DNA of 64,000 nucleotides from an uncultured Chloroflexia bacterium (lineage in GTDB: Bacteria; Chloroflexota; Anaerolineae; JAAYZQ01), in contig CAVOXA010000001.1 in NCBI GenBank assembly GCA_963700285.1, forward strand, positions 160,001 to 224,000, written 5' to 3'. The translations under genes and the position numbers were made by a program. The notes under the pieces are model-generated. The model was given only the letters and a program-made list of their open reading frames with translations. It was not told the DNA's origin and made no database searches. Of the stretch, positions 22,897-38,042 are shown piece by piece (within the stretch, counting starts at the first letter, position 1; each line of letters opens with the position of its first letter).

Positions 22897-23535
22897 ATGG
22901 AGATTACCTGGTACGGCCATGCCTGTTTTCGTTTGAGCGAGCGCAATATCGTTGCTGTCACCGACCCATTTCATGAGGATCTGGGCCTTACCCGCCCCCG
23001 CATTCGCGCCGACCTTGTGACCGTCAGCCACGATCATCCCGGGCATGACAATCGGATCGGCTTTCGCGGCGGGCCCCGGTTTTTTGATGGGCCGGGGGAG
23101 TACGAGGTCAAGGGCGTGTTTGTCACCGGCATTGCAACCTATCATGACGGGCGCAGCGGTGCGACACGGGGAGGCAATATCGTATTCCTCTTTGATTTCA
23201 ACGGCCTGACCGTCTGTCACCTGGGTGATTTGGGCCACGTGCCGACCCAATCACAGGTTGAGGCCCTGAGCGATGTGGACGTACTGCTGATCCCTGTGGG
23301 TGGGGTACACACCATCGACGCTCCAATGGCGACGGAGGTGATCAGCCTCATTGAACCAAAGCTCGTGATTCCTATGCACTACAAAACACCCGAAGAGAAA
23401 GCCCGGCTGCACACGGTGACCGGGTTCTTCAAGGCGATGGGATTGGCCCCTATTTCCCCCGTGCCAGAGCTAAGAGTCACCAGATCCTCACTACCAACTG
23501 AAACGCAGATAGTCCTACTCGATCACAAACATTGA
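22897..23535 (+). CDS. MBL-fold metallo-hydrolase
   Basis: WYGHACF, SHDHPGH, HLGDLGH, IPMHY. Confidence 0.85.
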   Translation: MEITWYGHACFRLSERNIVAVTDPFHEDLGLTRPRIRADLVTVSHDHPGHDNRIGFRGGPRFFDGPGEYEVKGVFVTGIATYHDGRSGATRGGNIVFLFDFNGLTVCHLGDLGHVPTQSQVEALSDVDVLLIPVGGVHTIDAPMATEVISLIEPKLVIPMHYKTPEEKARLHTVTGFFKAMGLAPISPVPELRVTRSSLPTETQIVLLDHKH

Positions 23536-23574
23536 GAATGTTGCTAGGGTGAATTCAGGACCAGCGGGTCGCCC

Positions 23575-24953
23575 CTAGGACACGAGTGAGGCGCCATCCA
23601 AGCCCGCCGGGTGCGACACGTCCATCAGATCCAGGATGGTGGGCATCACGTTCAGCACCGAGAAGCGCGTCTGTGGGATCTGGCGTCCGCCCACGTAGAG
23701 CATGGCGTCGTCAAAGGTGTGCATGCCCACCAACTCGTCACCCTTGTAGGTGAGCGTCTCTTTGTAGAGCGGACCCTTGGGATCGTAGCCGTCGTAGGGA
23801 GCCAGGATCAGATCGGCCGCCTGCTCCAAGATAGGGGCCGTGGTACAGCTCCTCGCGCTTGAAGACGGCCTGAAAGATCGGCTCGCCGCTGTCGGGATCG
23901 CGCAGCTCCAGGGCAGCGGCGGCTATCTCGTCGCGAAGCGCTTCGTACTCGGCGCCCGGCGCCACACAGCCCTCCTTCTCCCGGCCCTGCACGCGGATGA
24001 CCACCCGACCCGGATCCAGGCTGTAGGCCACAGAGCTGGGATCGATCTCGTCCAGCCCCTTTTTGCGGTCGGGCGGCACGTTGCGCAGCTTGAGCCAGCC
24101 ATGGTCCATCAGCCAGCGATTGACGTAGACCTCTTTCTTGATGGTGCAAAAGCCATGGTCGGCCATCCACATCAGGGTCGTGCTGTCGTCCAGCTTGGCG
24201 GCCAGCTTGGCCCAGCATGTCGTCGATGCGCCGGTAAAAATCGTAGAAGGCCGGTGCATAGATAGGGTCGTCCTCGTCCATCTGCTGCCAGAGAAAGTGG
24301 TGCAGGCGGTCGGTCTCCATGACGTGGACGTGCAGATAATCCCATTCCTCATTGTCGAACAGGTGGAACAGGGTGCGGATGCGGGCATCCAGCGCGGCGT
24401 TGACCTCTTGCAGCGCCAGGTCCTTCGACTCGCGGGCCTTCCAGGGATCGGCGTCCACGATGTAGCCCAGCGACTTGAGGGTCGGCAGATAGGAGGCGGG
24501 ATAGACGGCCTTGTCCAGGCTGGGGCTGAGAAAGCCGCCCACCAGGATGCCGTTGACCTGGCGGGGCGGATAGGTGACCGGCACGTTGACGACGACCACC
24601 CGCTTGCCGGCGTCGCTCAGCACCTCCCACAGGGTCTTGGCCTTCATGTGGCGCGAGGTGGGGATGAACTGCTTGTAGGTGGCCGGATCGCGGTCGATGA
24701 AGCCAAAGATGTTGTGCTTGGCCGGGTTGACGCCGGTCATCATCGTGCTCCAGGCCACCGACGACACCCAGGGCCACATCGAGTCCATGCGCAGCAGGCT
24801 GCCCTGCTCGGCCAGCCGGGCAGCATTGGGCGCCCGGCCCTCGGCGATCAGGCGCTGCAGAAAGGTATAGGGCGTGCCGTCCAGGCCGATAAAGACGACT
24901 CGCTGCGGCTTTGCCTTTTCCCTTGCCGACGCAGTTTGCCAAACAAGTCCCAT
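23575..24953 (-). CDS. AlkP-superfamily (nucleotide pyrophosphatase/phosphodiesterase-like) protein, split by apparent indel errors
   Basis: FIGLDG, PWVSSVAW, TGVNPAKHNIFGF, DRLHH, ADHGF, GMH spread over ORFs 23808-24953, 23738-24388 and 23575-23829. Confidence 0.8.
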
Positions 24954-24999
24954 TTCTGGACCGCCTTTCTATCCGCTTTGTACTACCGATCCATACGGA

Positions 25000-25612
25000 C
25001 TACAGATAGCCCAGCGCCGCCAGCCGCGCCTCGATCTCTGCCTCTTCGTCGGCGGTGTAGGCGTCGTTCTCCTCCGCGGCAGGGGCACGTAGCCCAGCTC
25101 TTCCAGCTTGCGTCAGGATCTTGGCCAGGCTCTCCTCGATGCGTCTCGGTGCTGGAGTCGATGGTCACGTCCGGGTTCTCCGGCGCCTCGTAGGGATCCG
25201 AGATGCCGGTAAAGTTCTTGATCTCACCGGCAAGGGCCTTCTTGTACAGCCCCTTGACATCTCGCTCGATGAGCGTCTCCAGCGGCGCGTAGCAATAGAC
25301 CTCGACAAAATTGCCGACCTCTTCGCGCACCTTGGCCCGCACCGCGCGGTAGGGCGAGATAAAGGAGCAGAGCACGGCCACGCCGTTGCGCGTCAGCAGC
25401 TTGGCCACAAAGGTGACCCGCTCGATGTTCTTGTCGCGATCCTCTTTGGAGAAGCCCAGGTCGCGGGTCAGGCTCTGGCGCACGATGTCGCCGTCCAGCC
25501 GCTCGACCTTGAGGCCGCGCTTTCGCAGTTCTTCTTCCAAAGGGATGGCCAGGGCGGTCTTGCCCGCGCCCGACATTCCCGTAAACCAGATGGTTACACC
25601 TTTTTGTTCCAT
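25000..25612 (-). CDS. cysC: Adenylyl-sulfate kinase with C-terminal extension (indels near the C-terminus)
   Basis: WFTGMSGAGKT, LDGDIVR, RDVKGLY, FTGISDPYEAP; corrected C-terminus ..EARLAALGYL* ends at 25000. Confidence 0.9.
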
Positions 25613-25688
25613 GGTATTGTCTCCTTGTCATGCATCTCGCGCACTGCAAAGTGCTGTATGCGTGAGTCGCGTTGCGCGCTAGCGTGCT

Positions 25689-27076
25689 CTAGCTGGCAAA
25701 CGATTGTCCCTGCATATCTGCCGGAGACCGGCACGCCCATCAGATCCAGGATCGTCGGGGCCACGTCCATCAGGTGGCGCCTGGGACCAGCGCCCTGGCC
25801 CTGGCGTCCTGGGGTCGTAGAAGATGTACAGCCCCTCCTGGGCATGGTTGGCGTCGTCGGGGCCGGTGTCGTTCTCAAAGGTATGGATGCTGTTCAAGCC
25901 CCAGGCTGCCCACCGACCGCCAGCCCAGGTCCCCAAAATAGACGATCAGGTCGGGGGCGATGTTGTTGACCTGTCTGATAGATCTCTTCCGGCTTGTAGG
26001 CCACCGAGCCGATGTTGTTGCCCTCTGGGTCGGTGATGGCCGCGATCCGCTCCGCCAGCTCGTCCCGGACCTTCTCATAGTCGGCGGGATCGATGACGCC
26101 CTCGGGCTCGCGGCCCTTGACGTTCAGGAAGAGCCGGGCATAGTAGCCGCCCGACCCCCAGGCCATCGTCCGGCCCCAGTCCACCTCGCATTTTTCCAGG
26201 GGGACGATGCCCTCCGGCTGGTACTCCAGCACCAGGTAGCCCTCCTGCTTCAGCCATTCGTTGAAGCAGATGCCGCCCATCATCGGCTTGGCCGCCGTGG
26301 TCCGAGACGACCAGCACCACCGTGTCGTCGTCCAGCAGAGCCAGCCGCTCGCCAATCTGGCGGTCGAGGTGGATATAGTAGTCGCGGATGGCATTTTCGT
26401 AGGGGTTGCCCGGCTCGTACAGGGGGTGGCGCTCGTCAAAGTACTTCCAGAAGCCATGGTGGATGCGATCCACGCCCATGTCCACGTGCATGAAAAAGTC
26501 CCAGGGCTTGGTCGTCATCAGGTGCTTGACCAGCTGGTGGTGCTGATCGGCCAGCTCGTAGATCTGCTCCAGCAGGTGGTCCTTGTTCTCGGTGCGGAAC
26601 TGGGGCACGTCGAACATGTATTCGCCACCCACCAGGCCCTGCGATCTCGTGCTTGAGTGCTGCCGGGTAGGTGTACTGGCTGTGGGTGCTGGGCGTCAGA
26701 AAGCTGGAGATCATGCAGCCGTTGACCGGCTTGACCGGGATAGGTCTGGGGCACGCCTGCCACGACCACCTTCTTGCCCGCCCGCGACAGGATATCCCAC
26801 ACCCGGTCGGCCTTGACCGATCGCGACGTGGCGATGGTCATCCGCTCGTAGCTATGGTCGGCCCGGTTGCGAAAGCCGTAGAAGCCAAGCTGGCCGGGGT
26901 CCTTGCTGCTGAGCATCGAAGCCCAGGCCGGCACGGTGATGGCCGGGATGGTGCTGGTCAGCTCGCCATAGGTGCCGCCCTCCATCAAGCGGCTGCAGGT
27001 TGGGCAGATGCTCGCCGCCAGCGGTCAAAGACCAGCGTCGGCTCGGCGCAGTCCAGCCCGATGACAAAGACCTTGG

Positions 27077-27080
<4 letters not shown>
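25689..27080 (-). CDS. Second AlkP-superfamily protein, split by apparent indel errors
   Basis: VIGLDCA, STIPAITVPAW, GFYGFRNR, DRIHHGFW, SDHG, NDTGPDDANHA, DVAPTIL. Confidence 0.8.
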
Positions 27081-28277
<1,197 letters not shown>

Positions 28278-28402
28278 GAATTCTCTCCTTGTGATTGCTA
28301 TGGCTCTGCAGCACCAGTTCGAGCCAAAATAAAAGCATGAACCGCATGACCGGGCCGGATTCATGCCGGGGGATTCTAACAAAAAGGAGTGCCTTTGTCA
28401 AT

Positions 28403-29780
28403 TCAGTGGACGATGCGCATGGGGTATTGGGGCCTGAATTCATCGATGATCACACGCAATGTGCTGGATACCCTGTCTCAGATCTTCCAGGCGGATGTTC
28501 TCGTTGGGCGAGTGCCCCCGCGATCCGGTCCAGCCGACTCCCGCCCCGGCGGCCGGCAGGCCCCAGCGCTGGCAGAGTTCGTACATCGGCCCGGTGCCAG
28601 CCATGAGCGGCTTGACCACCGGCTCGTTGCCGTAGGCACGGCTGCGGCCGAGTCGACCACGGCCTCCACCAGCGGATCGCCGGGGTCGGTGCGGGCCGGA
28701 AACTCGGGGCCTTCGACCTCGATCTCGACGTCGGCAAAGCCTTCGTCGTCCAGGTGGGCGCGCAGTTTGTCCAAGATGTCGTACGGATCCTGGTCGGGCA
28801 CCAGGCGAAAGTCGAGCTTGGCCAACGCTTCCGCGGGCAGCACGGTCTTGACACCGGGACCACCGTAGCCGGTGTGAAAGCCACAGATGTTGCAGGTCGG
28901 CTGGAAGAGGAACTTTTCCTTCAGCGCCTCGCCGCTCAGTCCGAGCACAAACTGGTCCGCGCCAAACTCGGCCAGTTCGCCCGCCTCGTCAAAGTCCCAG
29001 GCGGCGAGCATGGCCCGATCGCGGTCGTCGGGCGGGCGCACGTCGTCGTAGAAGCCGGGGATGCAGGATCCGCTCGTCCGGGCCCTTGAGGCTGTTCAGC
29101 GCCCAGATCAGGCGCCAGGCCGGGCTCTCGACGATGGCCGCGTTGGCCGAGTGCAGGTCACGATTAGCGTCCGCGACACGCAGGTCCACGGCCAGGATGC
29201 CCTTGACCCCCAGCGAGATCTCGCAGCCGGTCCTTGGTGTCCTTGTAGCCCGACTCCCAGATGCAGCCATCGGGCCGCAGCTTGTCGCGATGTTCTCCTC
29301 GGCAAAGCGGCCCAGGTTGGGGCTGCCGATCTCTTCCTCACCCTCGACGACAAAGAGGACGTTGAGGGGCAGCTCGCCGCGCACCGCCAGCCAGGCCTCG
29401 ACCGCCGCCAGCCGGGCGACCAGGTTGCCCTTGTTGTCGGCCACACCCCGGGCGTAGAGGTGCCCGTCGCGGATCTCGGCGGCGAAGGGTGGGCTGTCCC
29501 ACAGATCCAGCGGCTCGGGCGGCTGGACGTCGTAGTGGTTGTAGAACATCAGCGTCTTGGATCCGGCACCCGCAAAAGCGCCCCACTGACGACGGGATAG
29601 CCGGCCTGGGCACCAACTCGACCGCGGCGCCGGCCTGCGGCCAGCGTGCACACGCACCAATTCGGCCATCTCGGCCATGCCCACTCCCTGGGCGGCGATG
29701 CTCGGCTGGCGGCAGAAGGCCTGCAGCCGGGCGATGGTGTCCTCCATGTGGCTCTCGATGTAGGCCAAGACGTCGTCCAT
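28403..29780 (-). CDS. M20 family dipeptidase/deacylase, split by apparent indel errors
   Basis: YNHYDVQP, RGVADNKG, EGEEEIGS, DLHS, KTVLP, DFRLVP. Confidence 0.82.
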
Positions 29781-29855
29781 GAGCCCCTCCCGTGTGTTTG
29801 CGCCCATTGTAATCCAGCTACCAGCAAAAGTCAACGAAAGGCGTATTTCCGAACT

Positions 29856-29928
29856 CCATTCTGCACCCATTTGCACCCCAAATTGCACCCCTGGGACGGT
29901 AGCGCCCTGCGTGAAACTATGGTATACT
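29856..29928 (+). promoter_or_regulatory. Island promoter motif copy 1
   Basis: TGCACCC at 29862, 29872, 29884; TAGCGC at 29900; TATACT at 29923. Confidence 0.75.
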
Positions 29929-30100
29929 GGTTACGATGAAGATACTGTCTGCGGGCACTCTGACCTTCGATGGCCCAGCTAGATGCCAGATTGATGTACG
30001 AAGGCCGGTCAATTCTAGATTCTCTATCAGAACCATCTGCCGGCGCCTTCGGCAGAGCCCTCAACCAGAAAGAACCGAAAGAACACAGGGGAGGAATTCG

Positions 30101-30346
30101 ATGGCTGTCCATCAGGTTGAGAACCGGTCGAAACAGGCGAAAGTGGACACCTCTGTGTGGGACTTGGACAAGATGGCTGGTGAGCTTTGGCAGGATTTCC
30201 AGGGGACGGTAAGCCTGCAAATGATCCGGCAGGTACTCACCAGTGTCTCGTTGAGGTATCAGGAGGCGCGCGTCCAGACCTATGTGCCCATCTTTGTGCG
30301 CCAGCGTGCGGTGGACATCCTGCGCCGGGAGATGGACGAATACTGA
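30101..30346 (+). CDS. Small three-helix-bundle protein (DUF3562 / ArsC N-terminal-like)
   Basis: RBS GGGGAGG; motif YQEARVQTYVPIFVRQRA. Confidence 0.65.
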   Translation: MAVHQVENRSKQAKVDTSVWDLDKMAGELWQDFQGTVSLQMIRQVLTSVSLRYQEARVQTYVPIFVRQRAVDILRREMDEY

Positions 30347-30636
30347 GCGATTGGCACGCAAAGCGCTCGACTATACACAGGAGCTGCGTCAGTGCCGAAC
30401 TGTCGGTCAAGGATCAAGACGACACCGTGTCGGCAGTGGACACGCGCGAATTCGCCCCCAAGAGGAGATGCGTGCTGGCGGGGGCGTGGCCCCGGTCAGT
30501 GGCCGGCTCGATGGCCGGCCAGGAGGGGTTCGCCATCCAGCAGACGCCGACCGCCACGTTGGTTGAGGACTTGGGCGCCAGCGGAGACGACGAGTTGCCG
30601 TCGTTGGCACGCCAGATGGGAGTCTGCCGGGCCTAG
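30347..30636 (+). pseudogene. DUF1269-like gene remnant, copy A
   Basis: RLARKALDYTQEL..VKDQDDTV; no start; nucleotide similarity to 31728-31835. Confidence 0.4.
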
Positions 30637-30693
30637 TTGTCAAGGGAAGATGCGTTGGCATCTTCCCTTCATAGAATACGAGGAGGGATGCTC

Positions 30694-31608
30694 ATGACAA
30701 AACAAACGTGGCGTTCAATGTGGTTGATCTTTGTGGTCGCCGTACTGCTCGCGCTGGCTGCGGGCTGCGGGATGTCCGAGCCGGAACCGACTCCCGGCCC
30801 GGTCGAGGCCGGAGCAACGGCGGTAGGTGCAGTGGAGGAGCTCGTGGCCGCCTATCCGCTTGCCGCTACTGCGTGGGACTTGGACTACTTTGGCCCGCCA
30901 GAACAGCCCTTGCCCATACTCCCGGATACACGGGCGACGGTGATCTATTTCTGGGAGCGCTATGCCGGCTTTGACGGCTGCAACTGGTTTCTGGGCGTCT
31001 ACGAGGCGACCGCCGAGGGCGAACTGCGCAACATGACGCCGGCGCGCACGCTCAATCTGTGTGGGCCTGAGGAACTCTACCAGCAGACGGGGATGTTTGT
31101 CTCGAGTCTGCTGAACGTGACCGAATACCAGCTCGAGGGCGAGCAACTGATCCAGAATACCACGGACGACCAGCGGCTCCTCACCCTCAATCCGGCAAAG
31201 CCCGTGCCGATGCCGGGTACGGAGTGGGGACTCGGGTTCTGGTGGCAGGCAGACCGTGAGCAGTGGGCTCCCGTCGTTCCCACCTCGAGGACGACCATTA
31301 CCTTTGGCGAGGGCGGGGAAGCGTCCGGCTCCGGCGGCTGTAACAACTATACGGTGAGCTATGAAGGGGATCTCCAGGTCGAGAAGGTGATGGAAGCAAC
31401 CGACACCTATGCCGAACTGCCCACGTTAACCTTCGGGCCGGTTGCCACACAAATGGTCGCATGCGCCGAACCTGAAGGCATCATGGACCAGGAGCAGGGC
31501 TACTTCACAGTGCTTACCTCGGTCGCCTACTACTTTAAGCTGGGCGGCATGCTGATGATGCTGGACGCCGAAGGCGCTCCTTTGTTGGTGTTTGGCGCCT
31601 ATAACTGA
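30694..31608 (+). CDS. Lipoprotein with two META (HslJ-like) domains
   Basis: Lipobox LAAGC; GFDGCNWF and GSGGCNNY..T.VAC..MDQE. Confidence 0.8.
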   Translation: MTKQTWRSMWLIFVVAVLLALAAGCGMSEPEPTPGPVEAGATAVGAVEELVAAYPLAATAWDLDYFGPPEQPLPILPDTRATVIYFWERYAGFDGCNWFLGVYEATAEGELRNMTPARTLNLCGPEELYQQTGMFVSSLLNVTEYQLEGEQLIQNTTDDQRLLTLNPAKPVPMPGTEWGLGFWWQADREQWAPVVPTSRTTITFGEGGEASGSGGCNNYTVSYEGDLQVEKVMEATDTYAELPTLTFGPVATQMVACAEPEGIMDQEQGYFTVLTSVAYYFKLGGMLMMLDAEGAPLLVFGAYN

Positions 31609-31727
31609 TCACGGCCATGGGGTACCCTTCGGGCGATGAGCGCGTTTGCCAGGGAGTCCCTTCTTCCTGGCGCGCGTCTCTCGCCGTGCTGTCTCTACCA
31701 GGGGACGGCCAAGGCGGGCGTGGAACC

Positions 31728-31835
31728 AGCGATTGGCGCGCAAAGCGCTGGACCAGGCACAGGATCTGCACCAGCGCGGCACTGTCAAGCTCTTCAACGC
31801 TGCCCTGTTGGTCAAAGACCGGGACGGCACCGTTG
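31728..31835 (+). pseudogene. DUF1269-like gene remnant, copy B
   Basis: RLARKALDQAQDLHQRGTVKLFNAALLVKDRDGTV, ending at promoter motif copy 2. Confidence 0.45.
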
Positions 31836-31905
31836 TTCTACACCCTTTTGCACCCAGAATTGCACCCCCTCGGGGCTATCGCTCCCAGCGCAACCGAGTT
31901 ATCAT
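31836..31905 (+). promoter_or_regulatory. Island promoter motif copy 2
   Basis: TACACCC 31839, TGCACCC 31849 and 31861; TATCGC 31877; TATCAT 31900. Confidence 0.75.
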
Positions 31906-31964
31906 GTGGAGGATGGAGGATCCCGACCGTATGAGCCTGGAAAGACGTAGCCCGAGGTGAACCC

Positions 31965-33230
31965 ATGTTTGGTGTCAATTCCGAGGTTGGCCAACTGCGC
32001 AAGGTGATCGTGCACCGTCCGGGCCTTGAACTCAAGCGTCTGACGCCATCGAATCACGATGACCTGCTGTTCGACGATGTGTTATGGGTCGAACGCGCCC
32101 AATGGGAGCATGATCAGTTCGTCAAGGTGATGCGCGAGCGTGGGATCGAGGTATACGACCACCAGGAACTGCTGGCCGAAGCCCTGGCTGCATCTGAGGA
32201 GGCCCGCAAAAAGGTCATCGATCTGGTTGCCTCAGAGTATACGGTCGGCTGGTCGATCGTGGATGAGGTCCGAGATGTCCTATGGACCCTGAGACCGGGC
32301 GCGCTGGCCAGGCACCTGGTCGGCGGGTTGACCGTCGGCGAGTTGGAGATCTTGGGCTTTGATCTGGCAAGATTCAGGCAGGTCTCCCTGGCTGTGGCTG
32401 CGCTGGATGATCCGGGCTTTTTTGTGCTGCCTCCGGCGCCGAACACACTCTTTCAACGAGACCCTTCGTGCTGGATCTATAACGGCGTCACGGTCAACCC
32501 GATGTACTGGCCGGCCCGCCGCCGGGAAGCGCTGAATATGCTCGCCATCTACCGCTACCACCCCATGTTCAGGGAAGCTGACTTTGAGTTCTGGTACCCG
32601 GAGCAGGGCGATGACGGCCGATTCAACGTCCATGATTTTGGGCGGGCCTCGCTCGAAGGCGGCGATGTAATGCCCATCGGCAATGGTACGGTGCTCATCG
32701 GCATGAGCGAGCGTACCCAGGGGCGCATGATCGAACAGGTGGCCAGGGCGCTCTTTGAGAAGGGCGCCGCCGAACGGGTGATCGCCGCTGTGATGACCAA
32801 GGATCGCGCCCACATGCACCTGGACACCGTCTTTACCCTGCTCGACCGCGACATCGCGACCGCCTTTCCCAGCGTGGTCAACAATATCCGGGCCATCAGC
32901 CTGCGTCCAGGCAAGAAGCCGGGAGACTTTTGCGTTACGGAAGAAGAGAGCTTCCTTTCGGCGGTGGCCGATGCGCTCCAGGTCAAAAAGCTTACCATCG
33001 TCGAGACGGGTGGTGATGAGTACCAGATGCAGCGCGAGCAGTGGGATGACGCCAACAACACCGTCGCCTTGGAGCCGGGTGTGGTCGTGTCCTACGAGCG
33101 CAACACCTACACCATAACCAAGATGCGCCAGGCCGGCGTTAAAGTGATCGCCATTGCCGGATTCGAGCTGGGTAAGGGGCGCGGCGGCGGGCACTGCATG
33201 ACCTGTCCCATACTGCGTGATGGGATTTGA
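31965..33230 (+). CDS. arcA: Arginine deiminase 1
   Basis: [45 protein letters not shown]. Confidence 0.95.
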   Translation: MFGVNSEVGQLRKVIVHRPGLELKRLTPSNHDDLLFDDVLWVERAQWEHDQFVKVMRERGIEVYDHQELLAEALAASEEARKKVIDLVASEYTVGWSIVDEVRDVLWTLRPGALARHLVGGLTVGELEILGFDLARFRQVSLAVAALDDPGFFVLPPAPNTLFQRDPSCWIYNGVTVNPMYWPARRREALNMLAIYRYHPMFREADFEFWYPEQGDDGRFNVHDFGRASLEGGDVMPIGNGTVLIGMSERTQGRMIEQVARALFEKGAAERVIAAVMTKDRAHMHLDTVFTLLDRDIATAFPSVVNNIRAISLRPGKKPGDFCVTEEESFLSAVADALQVKKLTIVETGGDEYQMQREQWDDANNTVALEPGVVVSYERNTYTITKMRQAGVKVIAIAGFELGKGRGGGHCMTCPILRDGI

Positions 33231-33533
33231 GGGGACATGCCAGGAAGGTTGGGAGCGGCCTTGCGGCGGAGGGCGGTCTCCTTCTCTGAGAGCGACCGGC
33301 CCAGTGACCGACGGGGTGCAGCAGCACGAGCACCGCCGGAAGCCAGGCAGCCGGCTCAGGCACGGCCATTTTCACCGGCACGCTGCCCGACAGAATCCAA
33401 GAGCGTGGCCGGGTCCATCAACGGAATCGTACCCTATGCGCCACGCAGGGCGTAACGCGGATGGTTTCCAGCAGGCAGATGGCTCGTGTGGAAACCACGG
33501 AACAAAAGTCGAATTAGTGACAAGGGAGGCACC

Positions 33534-34340
33534 ATGGCAAAGAAAAAGAACAAAGAGAAGGACAAGAACAAGATAGAGCGCAAGGAGTTCGAAAAAGAAC
33601 TGGAAAAGTTCCAGGTCGAGCTGGTCAAGATGCAGGAATGGGTCAAGGTCAGTGGGGCCAAAATCTGCGTGATCTTTGAAGGGCGCGATACCGCCGGCAA
33701 GGGCGGAGTCATCAAGCGCATCACCGAGCGGGTCAGCCCGCGCGTCTTCCGTGTGGTCGCTTTGTCCGCGCCGACAGAACGGGAGAAATCGCAGATGTAC
33801 TTCCAACGCTACATGCCCCATCTGCCGGCCGCCGGCGAAGTAGTGCTCTTTGACCGTAGCTGGTACAACCGGGCCGGCGTCGAACGGGTGATGGGCTTCG
33901 CCACCGAGGAGCAGGTCGAGACCTTCCTCAGGTACGTCCCAGCCGTCGAACAGGCGATCATCGGCTCGGGCATCATCCTGATCAAGTACTGGCTGGAAGT
34001 TGACATGGATGAGCAGGCCAAGCGATTCAAAGAGCGCAACGTGGACTATCGCAAGATCTGGAAGCTCAGCCCAATGGACCTGGAAGCCCAGCACCGGTGG
34101 TACGACTATTCTCGGGCGCGTGACGCCATGTTCGCGGCGACGGACACCCCGGAAAGCCCCTGGTATGTGGTGCCCTCCAACGACCAGCGCCGGGCGCGAT
34201 TGAACTGCATCGCGCACTTCTTGAGCCTGATCCCGTATGAAGAGGTGCCGCGCACACCGATCGAGTTCCCGGAGCGCCAGGCGAGGGGGGACTATGTGGA
34301 ACCCGATTATCCCTACCACTACGTCCCAGAGAAGTATTGA
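33534..34340 (+). CDS. ppk2: Polyphosphate kinase 2 (single domain)
   Basis: FEGRDTAGKGG, FDRSWYNRAGVERVMGF, WKLSPMD. Confidence 0.95.
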   Translation: MAKKKNKEKDKNKIERKEFEKELEKFQVELVKMQEWVKVSGAKICVIFEGRDTAGKGGVIKRITERVSPRVFRVVALSAPTEREKSQMYFQRYMPHLPAAGEVVLFDRSWYNRAGVERVMGFATEEQVETFLRYVPAVEQAIIGSGIILIKYWLEVDMDEQAKRFKERNVDYRKIWKLSPMDLEAQHRWYDYSRARDAMFAATDTPESPWYVVPSNDQRRARLNCIAHFLSLIPYEEVPRTPIEFPERQARGDYVEPDYPYHYVPEKY

Positions 34341-34352
34341 CAGGAGGAAAAG

Positions 34353-37158
<2,806 letters not shown>

Positions 37159-37180
37159 ATCAGATCTAGAGGAGACAGAA

Positions 37181-37981
37181 ATGACAGAAGAAACCTGGAA
37201 TGAAGAAGAGGAATTGGCCTTGGATCTTGGGGTTGCCGCCGAAATCACGGCTATGGACGGCCTGGACGATCTGGCCGATGCCGCGGACATGATGGCCGCT
37301 GCCGAGGACGCTGCCACGGTGGCGGCCGTCGCCGAAGCGGCCGCCGTCGAGGATCTCACCCGGGCGGTGGATGCCGAGATCGTGGCCGTACGGCTGGCGC
37401 AGTTGAGCGAAGTAGTGGCCGATGCGGGCATCGTGGACGTGGCCCAGGGGGCGGCGATGCTGGCCGCCTCCGACGACATCCAGGCCATCAGCGCCGCAGT
37501 GGGGCTCATGAGCGCCGAGGACCTGGAGACCGGCATGGAGGTGGCCAGGACGGCCGGCGAGCTGTGGGCCGTGAGCGACGTGGTCGACCTGCTGGAGATG
37601 CCGGTGCTGGCCGCCTTCCTGGAGTCACGCGGCGAGCGGCTGCAGACTGTGGCCGTGGACATGATCCTGCGAGCGGCGGGCACGCGGGCGCTGTCGCGGG
37701 TGCTGGCTGCAGAGGGCGATGCGGTGGCCGACCTGGGCGCCGAGGAGGTGGTCGAAGGCATGGTGCGCGCCGCAGCCTCGGAGGCCATGGCCGAACGGAG
37801 CGAAGAGCTGGCCGTCGCCGGCGTCATGCTGGCGGACCGGGGCATGGCCGAGGCGGAAGTGGCCGGATTGGCAGCCGACGTTGCCGCGGAGCTGGCCCAG
37901 GACAGCCTCGCCACAGCAGCCGTGGGCGGCGCCGAGCTGGGCGCCGCAGATGTGATGGACGCCGCTGCCAAAGAACGCTAA
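37181..37981 (+). CDS. Ala/Asp/Glu-rich hypothetical protein
   Basis: RBS GAGGAG; GC3-rich codon use; repetitive acidic helical composition. Confidence 0.75.
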   Translation: MTEETWNEEEELALDLGVAAEITAMDGLDDLADAADMMAAAEDAATVAAVAEAAAVEDLTRAVDAEIVAVRLAQLSEVVADAGIVDVAQGAAMLAASDDIQAISAAVGLMSAEDLETGMEVARTAGELWAVSDVVDLLEMPVLAAFLESRGERLQTVAVDMILRAAGTRALSRVLAAEGDAVADLGAEEVVEGMVRAAASEAMAERSEELAVAGVMLADRGMAEAEVAGLAADVAAELAQDSLATAAVGGAELGAADVMDAAAKER

Positions 37982-38007
37982 GAAGCATCAAGATAGCAGA
38001 TCTGAGG

Positions 38008-38042
38008 GTGGCTGGCGCCGCCATGATTGGCGCGCCAGCCAC
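38008..38042 (+). terminator. Hairpin after the Ala-rich gene
   Basis: GTGGCTGGCGC...GCGCCAGCCAC; no U-tract. Confidence 0.4.

Noticed and set aside
29856-29891. TGCACCC repeats as a CRISPR array or IS/MITE ends
   Set aside because: Units are only 7 nt with no spacers, cas or transposase genes, inverted termini or target duplications; the fixed distance to a -10 fits an operator
29936-30100. N-terminal extension of the three-helix protein from ATG 29936
   Set aside because: A strong RBS precedes ATG 30101 and the extension looks non-coding, though a leaderless start cannot be excluded
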